Assembly: GCA_012295275.1 (NCBI GenBank) | Contig: CM022673.1 | Location: 21,266,001-21,330,000 of the forward strand | From: Chrysomallon squamiferum | Lineage: Eukaryota > Animalia > Mollusca | Direction of reading: 5' to 3' | DNA length: 64,000 nt | Shown: positions 60,675-64,000 of the stretch, one piece after another | Numbering within the stretch: the stretch's first letter is position 1 | Layout: every line of letters starts with the position of its first letter | Program-made: the position numbers and the translations under genes | The notes under the pieces: model-generated | What the model was told of the DNA's origin: nothing | The model's input: the letters and a program-made list of their open reading frames with translations, nothing else | Databases searched by the model: none

Positions 60675-62609
60675 AACATATATATTTATAAATGAACATA
60701 GTTGTTAAATTAATGTTATGTTAAGTTCTTATGTGTTATGAGATTTTTAAATCAAAAAAGACTTGGCTCTGTGTATCTGTGTGTTATAGTTAATAATATT
60801 CTACACTTGATTTATTGTACTAATATCGGGCAAGCTTCAGATACAATGCACCATCTGCTCAGCATCCCCCATCTCACTCTTTTTCTGCACATGGTTTCCA
60901 CACCATGGAATAATCTCTATTGTGTCGTGCTCATGTTTTGTGTAGTATTTTAGTAAATTTCCATGGATCTTAAGAAAGTGAATGCAAAGGACAGTGCTGA
61001 AAAGAAGTGGATGCTATCCATTGAATTAAAGCATAAAATCAAAGAAAAACATGAATGAGGTGTGCATATAGTAACATGGCTAGGCAGTACGAGTATAGTA
61101 CTTTTACAATGTGTACCATATTGAAGCAGGAGTTGATAAAGGCATTAAAATAATTTCTAAGTTGCAGACCTCTGTTTGTGAAAAGATGGAGAAACCCTAA
61201 CCCTGTACACTTTACAAAACCAATATATTTCTTTACATTCTCTTTTATTTTGTTTTTATACAATATTTGTCATTTATACATACATTTTTCTTATTTAAAA
61301 ACATGTTAAAAAAAATGGGGTGGGTTTTGGGTGGCTGGACCAGATTAAAGGTATTTCAATTAATTTGATATACGGGCAAATTGAGTTACAAGGCTCAGTC
61401 ACACAACAAATTAAACTCGTTAATCAAGGCACCACTGTATTAGCACATAAAATGTTACTTGGACATAATTTGGGTCATATTGGATTTAAAGTATTGTTTT
61501 CTTAAAATTGAAAGCAATTTTAATAAATCTGATACTGTAAGTGTTTGATGATTGTAACATACTGAGCCTTAACATAATCTCTTCTGTATTATATTGTCAT
61601 AGGCCCAATATGCTTGGGCATCATCAGCTCCTGTTACAGTTTTGTTTCTTTGCCTGTTATTGTGATTCCATCTTGTGTAATGAAGAAATTAATCAAAATA
61701 TTTATGTCTTATAGAAATTGGGTATCAGTGATTACATTATTTTACATCTGTAAATTCATTTTTATCTACATTCTTGTTTGAACTGAAACATGTATATAAT
61801 GTTATGAAATTTGTTACAGTTCTCGATACAGCTGGTCAAGAAGAGTTCAGTGCAATGAGAGAACAATACATGAGAAAAGGAGACGGGTTTCTTCTTGTTT
61901 ACTCTGTAACAGATAAACAGAGTTTTCAAAACATTGTTAATTTTCACACTCAGATTCTGAGAGTTAAAGACAGGTATGTTATTTCATTGATGGTAATTTG
62001 TTATTTCTTTAAAATTGGAGTGGAAGTTGTTTTTGTGTTGTTTTCCATTTAAAATATATAAAAAAAAGACAAATAAAAGAATTTATGTAATTGTATAAAA
62101 ATAAAAATTTGTAAAATGTGAAATAAATGTTAAAAATTTATAGCAGAAACTTCTCCCACTCTATTTTTTTTCATATTTAATCTTTATTTCAGGGATACCT
62201 ATCCCATGATCCTTGTGGCAAATAAAGTGGATCTTGTTGGCCAGAGAAAAGTTACAGAAGAACAAGGGAGAGAACTTGCCACAAAAGTAAAGGTATGTAA
62301 TCTAAAAGTAGTTAATTTTTAAAACGAACTTCCTTTTGGTAGGCTGTTTAATAAATCCATGATTTTTTCTAAAAGTTATAAAATTTCATTACTTGCTTGT
62401 TTTACAGTTACTTGCAGAATGTTGTATTAACACATATTCATCTGTTTTACTTACAGATACCATATATAGAAACAAGTGCAAAAGATCCACCACTGAATGT
62501 GGATTTGGCTTTCCATGAAGTTGTTAGAGTTATCAGGGATCAGCCGATGGATTTTAAAAACAGAACAAAGAAAAGAAGAGGGAAGAAAAAGAAGTGTATC
62601 ATCCTTTGA
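58292..62609 (+). CDS. MRAS: Ras-related protein M-Ras (R-Ras3), ~198 aa, 4 coding exons
   Basis: Exons 58292-58481, 61820-61973, 62193-62292, 62457-62609. [68 protein letters not shown], a polybasic tail and CAAX CIIL. Confidence 0.95.
60830..61437 (+). mobile_element. Tigger/pogo-like deletion derivative, copy 2 (right TIR present), in MRAS intron 1
   Basis: Ends ACTCGTTAATCAAGGCACCACTG|TA, the reverse complement of the copy-1 TIR plus a TA target site. Shares the HTH remnant and the junction GATGGAGAAACCCTAACCCTGTACACTTTAC with 40893-41525. Confidence 0.85.
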
Positions 62610-64000
62610 TAAAATTCCATTTTTTATTAATAGTTTATTATTTTTGTGACTTAACTGGGTCTTTGGTACATTTTTATAACCAGAATTTTAAAAATATTAT
62701 GACAAAATTAGCTGAAAGTGAGAAAAAGGTTTGTTGCCTTTATATATATATAAGGGAAATTGTTTAAAAAATTTCTGTTGTTGAATTACTTGAAAAGAAT
62801 TCCTGAATGAAATATATGAATGATTATACAGTGCTATAAAATTATTTACAGTTTGTTTTTACATTTTTTTTTTCTTTCTTTTTTTTTTTTCCTTTTATAA
62901 TTTGACCAAGTGCTTGGTTTACAGAATATAAATCATGACACTGTAATATAAATTTATTGCATGTTTATATGTGAATGTGTATGGAGTTATCTGACTCAAG
63001 GAGTTGACAGAATGTAGGACCAACAACCCTTGTGTTCAGGTAAAATATCACAGTAGCTGTTTTCTTACACTTCATCTTGAAGATGGAATATTCTTTCAGC
63101 TGATTGGTAATTTATGGACAATTCTGGGAGACTTTTTATAATATAACAAGTTAATCTTCCCAGAGGTATTTGTAATTTGTACACACATTAAGTAACATGA
63201 TGTATTCATGATTTCTTGTTACTACAAGGTAATGAAATTTTATTTCTGCCATATGTAATATGTGGGATAAATTTGTAAATTGAAGATATTATAATGTAAC
63301 AGACTATAATGCCTGTACATAATGTAACAAGTTGGTATATGTAAATGCAGTACAGATTTATACGTAGTTGTTTAAACAGAAATGATACTGCCTGAAATAT
63401 CTGGGTCATATCTGTAAATTGTAACCTTATAAAATTTAAAAATCGATAAACAAAATGTGATGTACCATGTATTTTGGACAGTCTGTAATCTGTAGATATA
63501 TTTCTTGTATATAAAAATACTACTTTTTCATGGAACTCTAAACAAGAATAGTTTTATGAAACAATATATAAGTAGAAAATAAATCACCAACAGTTTATCT
63601 TTTGTAACCATGAACGTAGTTATATATAATTTAATACAGATCTTTTTTTTTCTTACATGATCTTAAATTATTTATGGACTTCTTTAGAATTATCATTTTT
63701 AAAATTATTTTTGTATACATAGCTTATAATTACTTACATAATTTAATTAGGTCTGGTAATTTTATTTAGGCAAACCTTATTATGTCAGTATGAACAAACA
63801 AAATGTAATGACACTCTGTACTGTATAGGCTAACTGTTTCAAGTTTGAGCTCAGATTAGATGTTGGTCAAAACAGAATTTTAAGTATCGGATTGGTATAC
63901 TGAAGATTGGTTTTCTTTTTTGACCAGAAAATGTTTGCTGCTTTTAATATATATATATGTTCAAAAAAAAAAAAAAAAATAATAATAATATTGAATAACT

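Overview
AT-rich, intron-rich animal genomic DNA with many microsatellites. It is probably molluscan/lophotrochozoan; this is inferred from gene content and repeat style, not proven. I reconstructed six multi-exon genes by hand with phase-consistent GT-AG junctions: DNAJB6-like (+), Greatwall/MASTL (+), DNAAF1/LRRC50 (-), a phosphonopyruvate decarboxylase of the 2-aminoethylphosphonate pathway (+), COPS6 (-) and M-Ras (+). There is also an unassigned 159-aa ORF (-). Non-coding elements include two copies of a deleted Tigger/pogo-like element, a Tc2-like MITE end, SINE-like remnants, a degenerate U5 snRNA copy and a near-perfect 26-bp hairpin. The most notable item is a 10-exon animal phosphonate-biosynthesis enzyme with a separately encoded N-terminal extension resembling a mitochondrial presequence. 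All coordinates were counted manually and may be off by a few bases.
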